64,000 bases of DNA. Source: Phoronis australis (Eukaryota; Animalia; Phoronida). Positions 63,817 to 64,000 of this stretch are shown here, piece after piece. The stretch lies in the NCBI GenBank assembly GCA_002633005.1, contig NMRA01000296.1:468632-532631 (forward strand), written 5' to 3'. Both the position numbers and the translations under genes were made by a program. Within the stretch, counting starts at the first letter, position 1, and each line of letters opens with the position of its first letter. The notes below the pieces were generated by a model. That model had not been told where the DNA came from. It did not search any database and was given only the letters and a program-made list of their open reading frames with translations.

Positions 63817-64000
63817 AGTAAGCTAATCTACAGGCAATGTAATGAAACAACATCAGTAGTAAGCTAATCTACAGGCAATGTAATGACACAACCTCAGTAG
63901 TAAGCTAATCTACAGGCAATGTAATGAAACTACCTCAGTAGTAAGCTAATCTACAGGCAATGTAATGAAACAACCTCAGTAGTAAGCTAATCTACAGGCA
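63817..64000 (+). repeat. 41-bp tandem minisatellite, >=4.5 copies, runs off window end
   Basis: Unit agtaagctaatctacaggcaatgtaatgaaacaacctcagt starts at 63817, 63858, 63899, 63940 and 63981. Confidence 0.95.

Noticed and set aside
63817-64000. CRISPR-like array
   Set aside because: Units are contiguous with no unique spacers, there are no cas genes, and the context is eukaryotic.

Overview
AT-rich, intron-containing animal genomic DNA. It is probably from a marine invertebrate (echinoderm-like; taxon is inference only) and comes from a draft assembly with three single-N joins at 34564, 39198 and 43443. Three protein-coding genes can be reconstructed, all on the + strand. Two are tandem six-coding-exon hydroxylysine-kinase-like (HYKK/AGPHD1, APH/choline-kinase fold) paralogs at 22965-28470 (373 aa) and 38850-43724, produced by a segmental duplication. 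The third is a two-coding-exon sulfite-oxidase-family gene at 48756-55408 (561 aa). It keeps the mitochondrial presequence, cytochrome b5 domain and Moco cysteine, but has replaced several normally conserved sulfite-pocket residues (W->S, R->K, PFNAEPP->PFDADCP). The most interesting hypotheses are a neofunctionalised SUOX-like molybdoenzyme next to diverging small-molecule kinases (possible animal metabolic mini-cluster), and a weakly supported spliced minus-strand gene (932-12570, starting MGNCC) whose frame is broken by a single TGA. The rest is rich in MITEs and palindromes, an inverted LTR-like pair, a Helentron-like element, decayed LINEs, a THAP remnant, a tRNA-like repeat, and micro/minisatellites.
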